A stretch of 62,215 nucleotides of DNA, taken from IMG/VR virus record IMGVR_UViG_3300037042_003397, positions 1 through 62,215 of that record; one strand, 5' to 3'. The notes beneath the pieces were generated by a model. That model ran no database searches and was not told where the DNA came from. It worked only from the letters and a program-made list of their open reading frames with translations. A program made the position numbers and the translations under genes. Positions 48,817 to 57,314 of this stretch are shown piece by piece (position 1 is the stretch's first letter; the number at the start of each line of letters is the position of its first letter). Source of the DNA: a virus. Lineage: Duplodnaviria > Caudoviricetes.

Positions 48817-50961
48817 TTACATATCAACCTTGATCTCTCGCATCGTGAACAGGAAGTCAAATCCGGCAACGTTCATAGTTGCCCCTTCTCTTTGCGTCAA
48901 ATCAGGGAACCACTTCTTTCCAAGAAGAATAGCAAACTTTGTTCGATTTAGCGTGTTGCGAACATTCTTCAGTATAGACTTTCTGTTTTCAATCGCAGCC
49001 TCCAACCATAGAACAGCCAGCTTCTTTTCGGAAGTACTATCGGAAACGGAAATACTTTTGACTTCCGATGGTAGTTCTCCCATCGCTGCCCAGATCATCA
49101 TTTCCGATTCGGTCATTTTCTTTCCACTTGAATTTTTCAGCAACACAGCATTGATACTCGGTAACGATGAGAACTTCTGCATCTTCACATCAAATTCTCT
49201 CGCTATGTAGAAGTCCGTGATCGGGTAATCTTCCTTTGGAGGATTGTACCCATTCTTTGTTACTCCCTGAGTATCAAGATAAGTTACCTGATCGTTGCTC
49301 AATGCGACCGTTTCAAGTTTATCATCTGGATCAATTTCATTCTTTTTCCATTTCATAACCTTGAGCAATGCTTCTGAGTACTTCTCAGTAGATAGCAACG
49401 AGCAGTAATCCAATGCTTTCACTTCATCGAATTTACGGTTCATCACTGGAATTCGTTTCAGGTTAATCACGTATATTTCATCTGCATTCCAGTCACCCTT
49501 AACGATCTTTTCTTTCTTCAATGTATTGAATGACGCTTCCGATAACTTGACTGGCAATGATGTTACGTTCAGGTTGCCATCAAGAACGATAGTGTAATTC
49601 CTGAAAATCCAGGTCGGGTACACTTTCGCAAATCCAAACTTTTCACAGTCATAATTCAATTCAATCATACCATCTATCTTTACCAGGATACTGATATTGA
49701 GCCTGGTTGCATTCCATGTCAGATCGGATAACCTGCAAGCTGGATTAGTTTCCTTACGCTTGAATTCAGAATAACCATCATGCTGTCTGGTGCGAACACC
49801 TGTTCGCTTGTACTTGAATTCAGGATGATAAGGATAAAAGAACGTGTCCTTATCGTCCCGCAGCATTTCAAGTAAATCCAACATGCAGAACCGATCAACA
49901 CGAGGAACGTACCCCAACCGCCTTCCATCGGTGTATCTCTTATCCTCATGGAACGTTGCATCCAGCAGTTCTTTCTCTACCAACCCATATTCATCGTTGG
50001 TGAACGCATTGTAAAGTCGATCAACCAGAGCAACATCGCCGATCTTGCCGAGTATGGATAGTGCAATATCGCTGTGCATCTTCTGAGAGAAGATCATCGC
50101 ACTTGCGTACAGTCCAGGAAGAATTTCCTGAACATTGATCTTGTCCATGTCCATTGGCGGAGAACTTGTGATGAAGTAAATCTCGTCCGCTTCATCGATC
50201 ATCATACTCGGCATTTCAACGGAGTATTGAGTAATAACACCATCTTTCAGAGTGAAAGCAACATCCATGTTCTTATCAATCAAGAAGCTGATCGGGACAA
50301 CAAACACCTTTCTCGGTGATGCTTTGGCTCCGATAAAGTCTTTCATCGATGAACTGAATTCTTCAAGTTCAGACGAATGAATAAGTTGTCCTCCAATTCT
50401 GGCTGACATATCTGACATCAACTCTTTGTTGTAATAACTTCCATAACCAACAAAGATTGCCTTGCTGATAGTGCCCTTGATGTTATCAATCGCTTCCTTG
50501 ATGTTACGAATTTCTTTGGTGTAATCGCTAACCACCGGGTATCCATCTGTGAAGAACATCAGTCCAAAATTGCTGCACAGCGGATAAATCTCATCAACAA
50601 CTTCCCTGGTATCGTATAGGATTTCACTGAAGCAGGTTGTCCCGATTGGAGATTTATTACTGGCGATGATCCTTTTGAATGTTTCTACATCATCATGCGA
50701 TTGCTTTACGAACCCTTTCAAGATGAACCGGAATTTTCCTTCACCGGAGAACCACCCCAATGACATGATATCGCCAATGTCGATGCTCTTGTAATGTTCA
50801 ACCAGATCAGCAGCTAATCCGTCCAACATATAACTCATTGACCCGGATCGGTCATAAATCCAGATGTGATTGACTTTTTGCTTTGACTGCTTTACCTCTG
50901 GCTGCTTTGGTATCGCTACTCTTGTCAAAAAGTGATTACTATCCAACTTGATTGTGTCCAT
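48817..50961 (-). CDS. vWA domain protein (714 aa)
   Basis: MIDAS motif DRSGS, T and FFTDG; long uncharacterised C-terminus. Confidence 0.85.
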   Translation of the reverse strand: MDTIKLDSNHFLTRVAIPKQPEVKQSKQKVNHIWIYDRSGSMSYMLDGLAADLVEHYKSIDIGDIMSLGWFSGEGKFRFILKGFVKQSHDDVETFKRIIASNKSPIGTTCFSEILYDTREVVDEIYPLCSNFGLMFFTDGYPVVSDYTKEIRNIKEAIDNIKGTISKAIFVGYGSYYNKELMSDMSARIGGQLIHSSELEEFSSSMKDFIGAKASPRKVFVVPISFLIDKNMDVAFTLKDGVITQYSVEMPSMMIDEADEIYFITSSPPMDMDKINVQEILPGLYASAMIFSQKMHSDIALSILGKIGDVALVDRLYNAFTNDEYGLVEKELLDATFHEDKRYTDGRRLGYVPRVDRFCMLDLLEMLRDDKDTFFYPYHPEFKYKRTGVRTRQHDGYSEFKRKETNPACRLSDLTWNATRLNISILVKIDGMIELNYDCEKFGFAKVYPTWIFRNYTIVLDGNLNVTSLPVKLSEASFNTLKKEKIVKGDWNADEIYVINLKRIPVMNRKFDEVKALDYCSLLSTEKYSEALLKVMKWKKNEIDPDDKLETVALSNDQVTYLDTQGVTKNGYNPPKEDYPITDFYIAREFDVKMQKFSSLPSINAVLLKNSSGKKMTESEMMIWAAMGELPSEVKSISVSDSTSEKKLAVLWLEAAIENRKSILKNVRNTLNRTKFAILLGKKWFPDLTQREGATMNVAGFDFLFTMREIKVDM

Positions 50962-51012
50962 GCTGCTCCTTTTCTGTATTTCAAAATTGAAAATTTATTG
51001 TGAATTAATACT

Positions 51013-51054
51013 ATTATACCATATGACCATAATAATGCAATAGGCAAAATACTT
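51013..51054 (-). promoter_or_regulatory. promoter for the vWA operon
   Basis: AAGTATTTTG box, TTGCAT-16 bp-TATAAT with extended TG. Confidence 0.75.
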
Positions 51055-51077
51055 CAATATTCTTACTCAAGAAATAA

Positions 51078-52158
51078 ATAACGATCTCTGGCATAGCGTT
51101 TTCGGTCTTGCGCTGACCTAAACTTTTGCATTTCCAGAGATCGTTATCCGGCTAACTTATACCGGTCGCCTTCTCCTTGTCCGGCTGGATGACGTTGACA
51201 AGTCAACGTGCCAACTTCTCAGGCGAAGCTTCAACTTAGTTTTCCACCACGTTTCTTATGTATAGATGGCTCGTTTTTCTTTTGATACGTTATTCTATCT
51301 TTTACTAGAATTATCATTTCTAGTGCCAAGTTATTGTTTTTAAGGAGAGCCTGGTGGAGATTTTCACCCACTCCGGATTGTCAGTTCCTTTTACCTGATC
51401 CTCTACGATGCGACACATCGTTACAAGATCATTATCCGAAGCAATCTCATATTCGGTCAGGCTCGTGTTAAATTCCGGTTACGTTTCCGGAGTGTTAGTT
51501 ACAAACACCGACTTATCCATTTTTCCGCAAGGAGTTTACATTCCTTGTCAATGCCAATTAGCGGTTGTGGGAAGGGGGACTCCACCATTTGTTCTATGTC
51601 GCTTCCTTATCGCATTGATGGTCGGAAGAAGCGTCCGAAGATACTACACATCTTTAATGGTCTATGATCGACTACTGGAATAATTGAAAAGTTTCCACAA
51701 AGATGTAATCTTTATTTTCACTTATCGTGTGGGTTGCAGATTTGTCCTCACCTCACCGGTCATATCCGGACAGGCACTCGTCTTCATCACGATTTCACGA
51801 TAAATTTCTGTTTCAATTTGTTTTCACTTCTAAGCTGTAAGCACTATGAAGCGATAACGGTCTCTTTTACAACATGGGAGATACAAAGCACACAACGGCA
51901 TCAACCCTTTGTCTGTTTTACGCTCTCATCTATCGTTGCGTACAAAACATACAGTGTGCTAACCACCTCTCGGTCCTTGACGAAAGAAATGAAAAGGTGG
52001 CTAAGTGAGACTTGCCAGCTTCGATCTGGCTTGCAGTTGTAGCGCAATTTGATTTCTCAATATTGGCAGTTCGACCACAATTCCAGTAGTCTCATGAATG
52101 TAGTTGATTGACACTTTTTTGGCTTTGTCTACCATAATTCTGCATCAATCAACTACAT
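51078..52158 (-). ncRNA. candidate large structured non-coding RNA (~1.08 kb)
   Basis: no credible ORF; many helices including 14-bp terminal hairpins, a 12-bp long-range helix and a pseudoknot-forming pair; G-U pairs favour the minus strand. Confidence 0.7.
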
Positions 52159-52162
52159 GGTA

Positions 52163-52204
52163 ATTATTACATAAAGAGAACACAATTACTAGTGCCAAAA
52201 TACT
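52163..52204 (-). promoter_or_regulatory. predicted promoter of the ncRNA
   Basis: AGTATTTTG box then TAGTAA-17 bp-AATAAT with extended TG; start falls at the first helix. Confidence 0.5.
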
Positions 52205-52241
52205 GTATTTTCTTATTACATTTATTACAATTTGCTATTTT

Positions 52242-52273
52242 AAATTGTACTTTTATGCCAATAAGTACAATTT
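52242..52273 (-). terminator. hairpin at the end of the clamp gene
   Basis: AAATTGTACTT/AAGTACAATTT inverted repeat. Confidence 0.5.
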
Positions 52274-53370
52274 CACAGCGACTTTGGCATCAATATCGAA
52301 GTCCAGCTTGAGTTATCTTTTCCCTTGAACTGGATCGGACTTCTTGGTGTGTTGATACTGGCTATCGTCATATCGCCAAAAGGTTTTGCCATGCCTAGTA
52401 TCATTTGAAGTCTTATCGGATCAAGAATAATGGTATCGCAATCTTCACTAACAACAGCTTTGCAATCCTCGTATGTTGATCCCTCATCTCCTTCTGCCAT
52501 AATCAAGATATTCCCGTTTTCTTTGGACATATCAATCTTGACGACATCTTCATTGAAAATCCTTGATCTCTTTATGACATTTGAGACAGTTTTGTTGTCA
52601 AATTCAATAAAAGATGCGAACCTTTTCGGGATAATTGAGTCTGCATTCGGATATTTCTCCATAATTAACAATGACATTAACTCAATACCAGGTGCGGTAA
52701 TAGAGATAGCTGATCTGCTCAACTTCACACTCAATTCAGATTTTTTGATACTGGCAATAGATGACATGAACTTGCCCGGTATGACATAGGATATTGGCTC
52801 ATCGAAATTACTGATCTTATCCACCGTAATCCCGATCCTGCTCAACATATATCCATCTGTACACGTGAGTGTAAAATCTTTATCACTGATTGTTTTTAGT
52901 TCAACACCCGTTTGCTCAACTTTTATGTTGAAGTTCTTTGATATAGAACCGATGATCGATGCGATTGCCCTGTTTAACTCGTCTGAATTTATCGTAAACT
53001 CAATTCCATCTTCTACCGGAGAAGCGACAGGATACTCGTAAGATGGAAACGACGTTATCGTCACCTTACTCTTATCCTGGAATTTCAAAGTGACAACACC
53101 CTTATTCTCGTAAATATCAATCATTCCAGTGTTCTGAGAAATGCAACTCAGCAGTCTTTCTTCTGGAACACAAATATCAAGACTGTCTATAGTCGAGATA
53201 ACATCTGTGGTAACAATGGCTCTTTGCTCAAGATTTGTTCCTTCAACAGACAACATAGCGCCATCGAACTTGATGCGAACACACTCCAGAATTGGAAGTG
53301 TACTTTTTCGAGGAACATAATTCCTGACAATGCGAACTGCACTTTTTAATATCTCCAACTGTATTATCAT
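52273..53370 (-). CDS. dnaN: DNA polymerase III beta sliding clamp
   Basis: KSTLPILE, GTNLE, CTDGYML, KYPNADSIIP, ILMP C-terminus; 365 aa. Confidence 0.92.
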   Translation of the reverse strand: MIIQLEILKSAVRIVRNYVPRKSTLPILECVRIKFDGAMLSVEGTNLEQRAIVTTDVISTIDSLDICVPEERLLSCISQNTGMIDIYENKGVVTLKFQDKSKVTITSFPSYEYPVASPVEDGIEFTINSDELNRAIASIIGSISKNFNIKVEQTGVELKTISDKDFTLTCTDGYMLSRIGITVDKISNFDEPISYVIPGKFMSSIASIKKSELSVKLSRSAISITAPGIELMSLLIMEKYPNADSIIPKRFASFIEFDNKTVSNVIKRSRIFNEDVVKIDMSKENGNILIMAEGDEGSTYEDCKAVVSEDCDTIILDPIRLQMILGMAKPFGDMTIASINTPRSPIQFKGKDNSSWTSILMPKSL

Positions 53371-53379
53371 TGTATCTCC

Positions 53380-53793
53380 TTAAGGTATTTCAAAAAATAC
53401 TTCATCTCTAAAAATATAAGCAACAAGAGGAATTGGCACTTTCAATTTGTATGCGAAGTTTCTTGCAGCAGCTTCAATCATCTTCAAGTCAAACATATCC
53501 GTATTATCTCTGTTTGCCCACGCAATACATCTTTGCGGAAACTCAGTAACTTCCTTTACGTAAACAATCCTCATTATCAATTCTTTAGTTTCCAAGTTAT
53601 CAATATCTCCCAGATAATAATTTCTTATCTTTTCAACAATCATAGCCTGGTCAATTGTCAATCTTTTGCTTTTTTCGACTATGCGAAGCAGCAGTTTTAT
53701 TTTTTTCTCGTCCGCTGTTGAGATCGGCAGGTCTAATAACTTGTTGCAGATTTCTATAATTTCTTGGGCAGATTGCGATTGATTGTCTATCAT
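53380..53793 (-). CDS. hypothetical protein
   Basis: 137 aa, GGAG RBS. Confidence 0.65.
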   Translation of the reverse strand: MIDNQSQSAQEIIEICNKLLDLPISTADEKKIKLLLRIVEKSKRLTIDQAMIVEKIRNYYLGDIDNLETKELIMRIVYVKEVTEFPQRCIAWANRDNTDMFDLKMIEAAARNFAYKLKVPIPLVAYIFRDEVFFEIP

Positions 53794-54067
53794 AAAACTC
53801 CAAAATTTCTAGTGCCTGATTTTCGTCTCTAACAACATGAATGGCGGAACCGACCCAGTTATCGTGAAACTTGATCTCGCTTTCTGTCAGTTTTGCATTA
53901 CCGTTCTTGATTTCAAGCAGAACAATAATTCCACTTTTAGACATAACCGTTAGATCTGGATAGCCACGACCAAGCATACTTGTATCTGCAAAACAGTATC
54001 CAGAATGGGTCAAGGTTCTTGTTATTGCATTTTGATTTAGATCAATCGACTTCGAGTAATTAGGCAA
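53651..54067 (-). CDS. PD-(D/E)xK nuclease (VRR-NUC/resolvase-like)
   Basis: GRGYPDL..LLEIK..KLTESEIKFHDNW. Confidence 0.8.
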   Translation of the reverse strand: MPNYSKSIDLNQNAITRTLTHSGYCFADTSMLGRGYPDLTVMSKSGIIVLLEIKNGNAKLTESEIKFHDNWVGSAIHVVRDENQALEILEFYDRQSIAICPRNYRNLQQVIRPADLNSGREKNKTAASHSRKKQKIDN

Positions 54068-54213
54068 TGTTATGCTTCTTATTCATCTCTTTTATTGCTT
54101 CAAATTTGACTTTATTGAACCATTCTTCATAAGTCATAATTTCTTCATTGTGAACTCTCGCATTGACCACGTACTTATTATATTCATCATGGATCGCTTT
54201 GGTTACATCCAGA

Positions 54214-54405
54214 TCAGTCGATTTCATTTTCTTCCTTCACGCTCATCGATTCGGAGTCCATGTAGTCTTCAAATGTTTCTCTTGCGATATCCTTTACCTT
54301 TTCTATCGCATCACTTTCGCTTTCTGCTGTTACCGATTGTATCATTTTGACTATGACATGTTCTCTAAATATCTTTAGCTTGACTCTATATTTCTTTTCC
54401 ATCAT
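54214..54405 (-). CDS. hypothetical protein
   Basis: V.AESESDAIEK motif common in small phage proteins. Confidence 0.6.
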   Translation of the reverse strand: MMEKKYRVKLKIFREHVIVKMIQSVTAESESDAIEKVKDIARETFEDYMDSESMSVKEENEID

Positions 54406-54613
54406 TCAAATCTCCCAATTTTGAATACCGATTTACAATATCTTTTATGCTGATTAACTTTGCACCACATCTTACGCAGTTATCCAGGTTGCAGCTTAAC
54501 GAAGCTGCGCTCAGTCCTGAAGATAATATACAACCACAGTAACCACAAATCAATCTGTAGGTTCCCTTTGATTCTGTTACTCTCAATTCAGCTTGCATTA
54601 TTTTAATACCCAC
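54386..54613 (-). CDS. small zinc-ribbon protein
   Basis: CGYCG..CVRCG. Confidence 0.6.
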   Translation of the reverse strand: MGIKIMQAELRVTESKGTYRLICGYCGCILSSGLSAASLSCNLDNCVRCGAKLISIKDIVNRYSKLGDLNDGKEI

Positions 54614-55494
54614 GAATGAATGCGAAACTTGTCCCTAATGTTGTCATAAATCTTGTCCCAATCGCTCCACTTCTCGTCGTAGCACAATGACCATTTGATC
54701 GCATTCTCATTTTCCGGTTTCATTACTTCGTTATACAATACCTCGTAAGCCGATCCCCTGGTAATCACTCCATCAGCATTGGCATTATATTTCTTTCTCC
54801 ACACGTCCATCCCGGAATGAATTGCATCCATCGACCGGTCTGCTCTTAGCTTTGCAATCACCGGATCAGTTCGCATGTGGTGAAGATAAAAATTAGGAGC
54901 GCAATGAGTGACTATTTTATGTCCAGTCAGATATCTCATTCGATGAGCATACTCCATCTCGGCGAAGTAACTCATGTGGCTATCCAATGTAGTATCGGGA
55001 AGGCCATGATTTAGCGCAGTTTCCCATTTCGTAAAGATGCTATCACCATTGAACCAAGGAATATTTAGAGATACACCATCCACGATAGAACTCGCATCCA
55101 TTCCATAATAATTATGTGGAGTGGAGAATGTCATCAATGCGAAGTTATACTTGAACCAAAAGAACACAAGTTCATTAATCAGTCTTGTACTATTTTGAGT
55201 AAACTCAATATCATCGTCAATATTACAGAAGAAGTTTGCTTCAATCCCGTTATTGACACAGTAGATAAACGCCCAATTCTGGTTGTACCAACTGTTGTTA
55301 ATGTCAGACACGAACAGGATATGATCACAAGTCGTTATGTTCGCACTCTTGATTTCATCAATATCTTCTTTTCTATTGCCGGATATGATGAACAGCACAT
55401 TGGCATGGATCATACTGACTGATCTCAGCAGTTGAATTGCCAATCTTGAAGAATGATAAGTAGACACACCGAAGACAATATCGTATTTATCCAT
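54598..55494 (-). CDS. putative GT-A fold glycosyltransferase
   Basis: start MDKYDIVFGVSTY; FCNIDDDIEF DxD motif; AEMEYAHR. Confidence 0.55.
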   Translation of the reverse strand: MDKYDIVFGVSTYHSSRLAIQLLRSVSMIHANVLFIISGNRKEDIDEIKSANITTCDHILFVSDINNSWYNQNWAFIYCVNNGIEANFFCNIDDDIEFTQNSTRLINELVFFWFKYNFALMTFSTPHNYYGMDASSIVDGVSLNIPWFNGDSIFTKWETALNHGLPDTTLDSHMSYFAEMEYAHRMRYLTGHKIVTHCAPNFYLHHMRTDPVIAKLRADRSMDAIHSGMDVWRKKYNANADGVITRGSAYEVLYNEVMKPENENAIKWSLCYDEKWSDWDKIYDNIRDKFRIHSWVLK

Positions 55495-55861
55495 CTTTAC
55501 CTTCAATATCAGGCAGTCCATAAACTCCATGAATATTCTCAGAAAGATACTTGAGCACAATATCCAATTCTGATTGATCCAGTGAGGTCCAATTAGAAGC
55601 ATCGCTCGATTTTGATCTAACTTCTTTGCCGTAAGTCACGATTGCCGAGTATTGTGATGTGTCTCTCAACACGATAACGGCTCCGTTGAAGTTTGCAAAA
55701 GATACCTGGCTGGATGCTTTAGCAAGAAGGATGAATTGCTTTGCAGATTTAGCGACTTCAATGAGTGTGTCTTCTAGAAGTTCTTTAGATTCGATATCTT
55801 TTTCCATCAGATATTCTTCATTGTTGCGACGATATCTCAAGTTAACCCTGTAAAGTGGCAT
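55487..55861 (-). CDS. hypothetical protein
   Basis: 124 aa, GGGAG RBS. Confidence 0.7.
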   Translation of the reverse strand: MPLYRVNLRYRRNNEEYLMEKDIESKELLEDTLIEVAKSAKQFILLAKASSQVSFANFNGAVIVLRDTSQYSAIVTYGKEVRSKSSDASNWTSLDQSELDIVLKYLSENIHGVYGLPDIEGKDG

Positions 55862-56036
55862 TTTGTTTCTCCCTTTTCAAACATATTTTACAAGTTGATT
55901 TAGTGTTACTTCTCTCGAACAATATCAAAAGTTCGTTTATTTTTACTGCATAGAGTTACTTTCCATCGTATTCGCATAAGTGAACAAGTCTACGCTTATT
56001 GAATATTTTGGTTGGTTGATACTACACTATTTTCAT

Positions 56037-56198
56037 TCAAGTTCCATCTTTACTAACTTGTATTACCTTCAAGCATCGCTTGCAAGTTACTTTTCGTACA
56101 TCATTTGTAATATAATCGTTTCCAACTGAAAATTTCACAATTCCACAAGCTACAACAGGCAAATTTCCATTATTGTGATATGTCTTGTCGGATTTCAT
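56037..56198 (-). CDS. small zinc-binding protein (53 aa, not in ORF track)
   Basis: YH..ACG..VTCKRCLK. Confidence 0.55.
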   Translation of the reverse strand: MKSDKTYHNNGNLPVVACGIVKFSVGNDYITNDVRKVTCKRCLKVIQVSKDGT

Positions 56199-56212
56199 GT
56201 GTACTGGTTTAG

Positions 56213-56458
56213 TCATTTAGTCACCTCGTTCATCGACCGGAAGACGATGATGTGTCCGTTGCCATAAGGGATGCCGCCGTATCCCGGAGCCTGAAGGATC
56301 GCCCGGTTTTTGTCAATTGCAGTCACCGTAAAAGTGACATCACTGGGCACTCCGATGAAACCGGAGAAGTCCTGCCGGTAAATGATCTGATTGCCAGGTT
56401 GGAATTTGACGGTTTTGTTAGGTAAGGATTTCATGCCAGCTTGAAAATTTATGCTCAT
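56213..56458 (-). CDS. hypothetical protein
   Basis: 81 aa, coupled start. Confidence 0.6.
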   Translation of the reverse strand: MSINFQAGMKSLPNKTVKFQPGNQIIYRQDFSGFIGVPSDVTFTVTAIDKNRAILQAPGYGGIPYGNGHIIVFRSMNEVTK

Positions 56459-56658
56459 TTTGCCTCCGTCAGCTTATGTATCTCGTCACAGGCGGCCATC
56501 CAGTTATCATTGACCTCGGATAGCTGCCCTTGCAGGGCTAGGATGCGGCCCTGCAAGGTTTCACGCTCTGCCCTCATATCATCCAGTGACGCCAGGCTGG
56601 TGAACTGCTGCACCATGCCTTCGGGATAAACCAATTTCATCAATATAGGTTCACTCAT
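56455..56658 (-). CDS. coiled-coil hypothetical protein
   Basis: GGAGGTG RBS; similar to parts of the ORFs at 61039 and 61368. Confidence 0.7.
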   Translation of the reverse strand: MSEPILMKLVYPEGMVQQFTSLASLDDMRAERETLQGRILALQGQLSEVNDNWMAACDEIHKLTEAK

Positions 56659-57061
56659 TCGTCACCTCCTCAATAATTTTTGCAATCCCATCGACCACAT
56701 GCCGCATATTGCTGGCTGATACGCAATCTATCGAGATACCACCTGCCGCAAGAACCTCGCGCACTCGCTCCCAATCTGGCTCTGGGAACACATCAATGGG
56801 ATATGCACGCGTCCAATTGGCGATTCGCTCCAGGGTATTCTCAAGTCTGGCGTTATATTCCTCAAGCTCGTTGATGCGGGCTTGCAGCTTGTCTTCGATT
56901 GGGCGATTGTTCCACAAATCATTGTTGTCCCAGTGAATATTTTGAGCCGTACACCCCTCGGTTTTGCAGATGAGATAGGTATTAGGCTCCTGGCGCATAT
57001 TGCGCCACTCTACAAACATCTCTAATCCGCAAAACGGGCATGGTTTCAATTCGTCACTCAT
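56651..57061 (-). CDS. Lar-like (restriction alleviation) zinc-finger protein
   Basis: MSDELKPCPFCG..C..C..WNNR. Confidence 0.75.
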   Translation of the reverse strand: MSDELKPCPFCGLEMFVEWRNMRQEPNTYLICKTEGCTAQNIHWDNNDLWNNRPIEDKLQARINELEEYNARLENTLERIANWTRAYPIDVFPEPDWERVREVLAAGGISIDCVSASNMRHVVDGIAKIIEEVTNE

Positions 57062-57200
57062 CTTTACTTCCTCCAAATGGGTTCAACACGAGTATGCGCT
57101 TTCCGCACTTCGGGCAAAATATCATCTGATTGTCGGTAATGCTGCCATTCTCGAACCACAACGAAAGGTCGCAGGCTGATTTCCAGTACTCGCCTTCAGG
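57054..57200 (-). pseudogene. 5'-truncated zinc-ribbon gene remnant
   Basis: PEGEYWKSACDLSLWFENG..IFCPKCGKRI; upstream frame hits TAA inside the tRNA without a start. Confidence 0.45.
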
Positions 57201-57204
57201 TTTG

Positions 57205-57277
57205 TGCCTCTGTCGAGAATCGAACTCGAATTATCCATTTAGAGGACGGAAGGTTTATCCATTTATCCTACAGAAGC
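57205..57277 (-). tRNA. tRNA-Arg (anticodon UCU)
   Basis: acceptor GCTTCTG/CAGAGGC, D-loop GG+A20, anticodon stem TCCGT/ATGGA with loop CCTCTAA, T-arm TCGAG-TTCGATT-CTCGA; CCA not encoded. Confidence 0.9.
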
Positions 57278-57314
57278 ATACGATTTTTAACTGATCGTGA
57301 ACAGTTTTATTTAT

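Noticed and set aside
51408-52042. Plus-strand ORFs 51408..51683 and 51734..52042
   Set aside because: Antisense to the whole arm, no RBS, no protein-like motifs, and they overlap dense RNA helices
51078-52158. RNase P RNA, tmRNA or a self-splicing intron
   Set aside because: I could not find the RNase P GAGGAAAGUCC motif or tRNA-like tmRNA ends, and the region interrupts no gene; a covariance search is needed to exclude them formally
57205-57277. Amber suppressor tRNA (CUA) or a recoded genome
   Set aside because: Centring the loop on CTA destroys the anticodon stem; the pairing register gives UCU with Arg identity A20, and genes translate intact with the standard code
57205-57277. tRNA as an attP/attL site of an integrated prophage
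   Set aside because: No integrase and no duplicated tRNA 3' end were seen, and there are no host genes at the window edges
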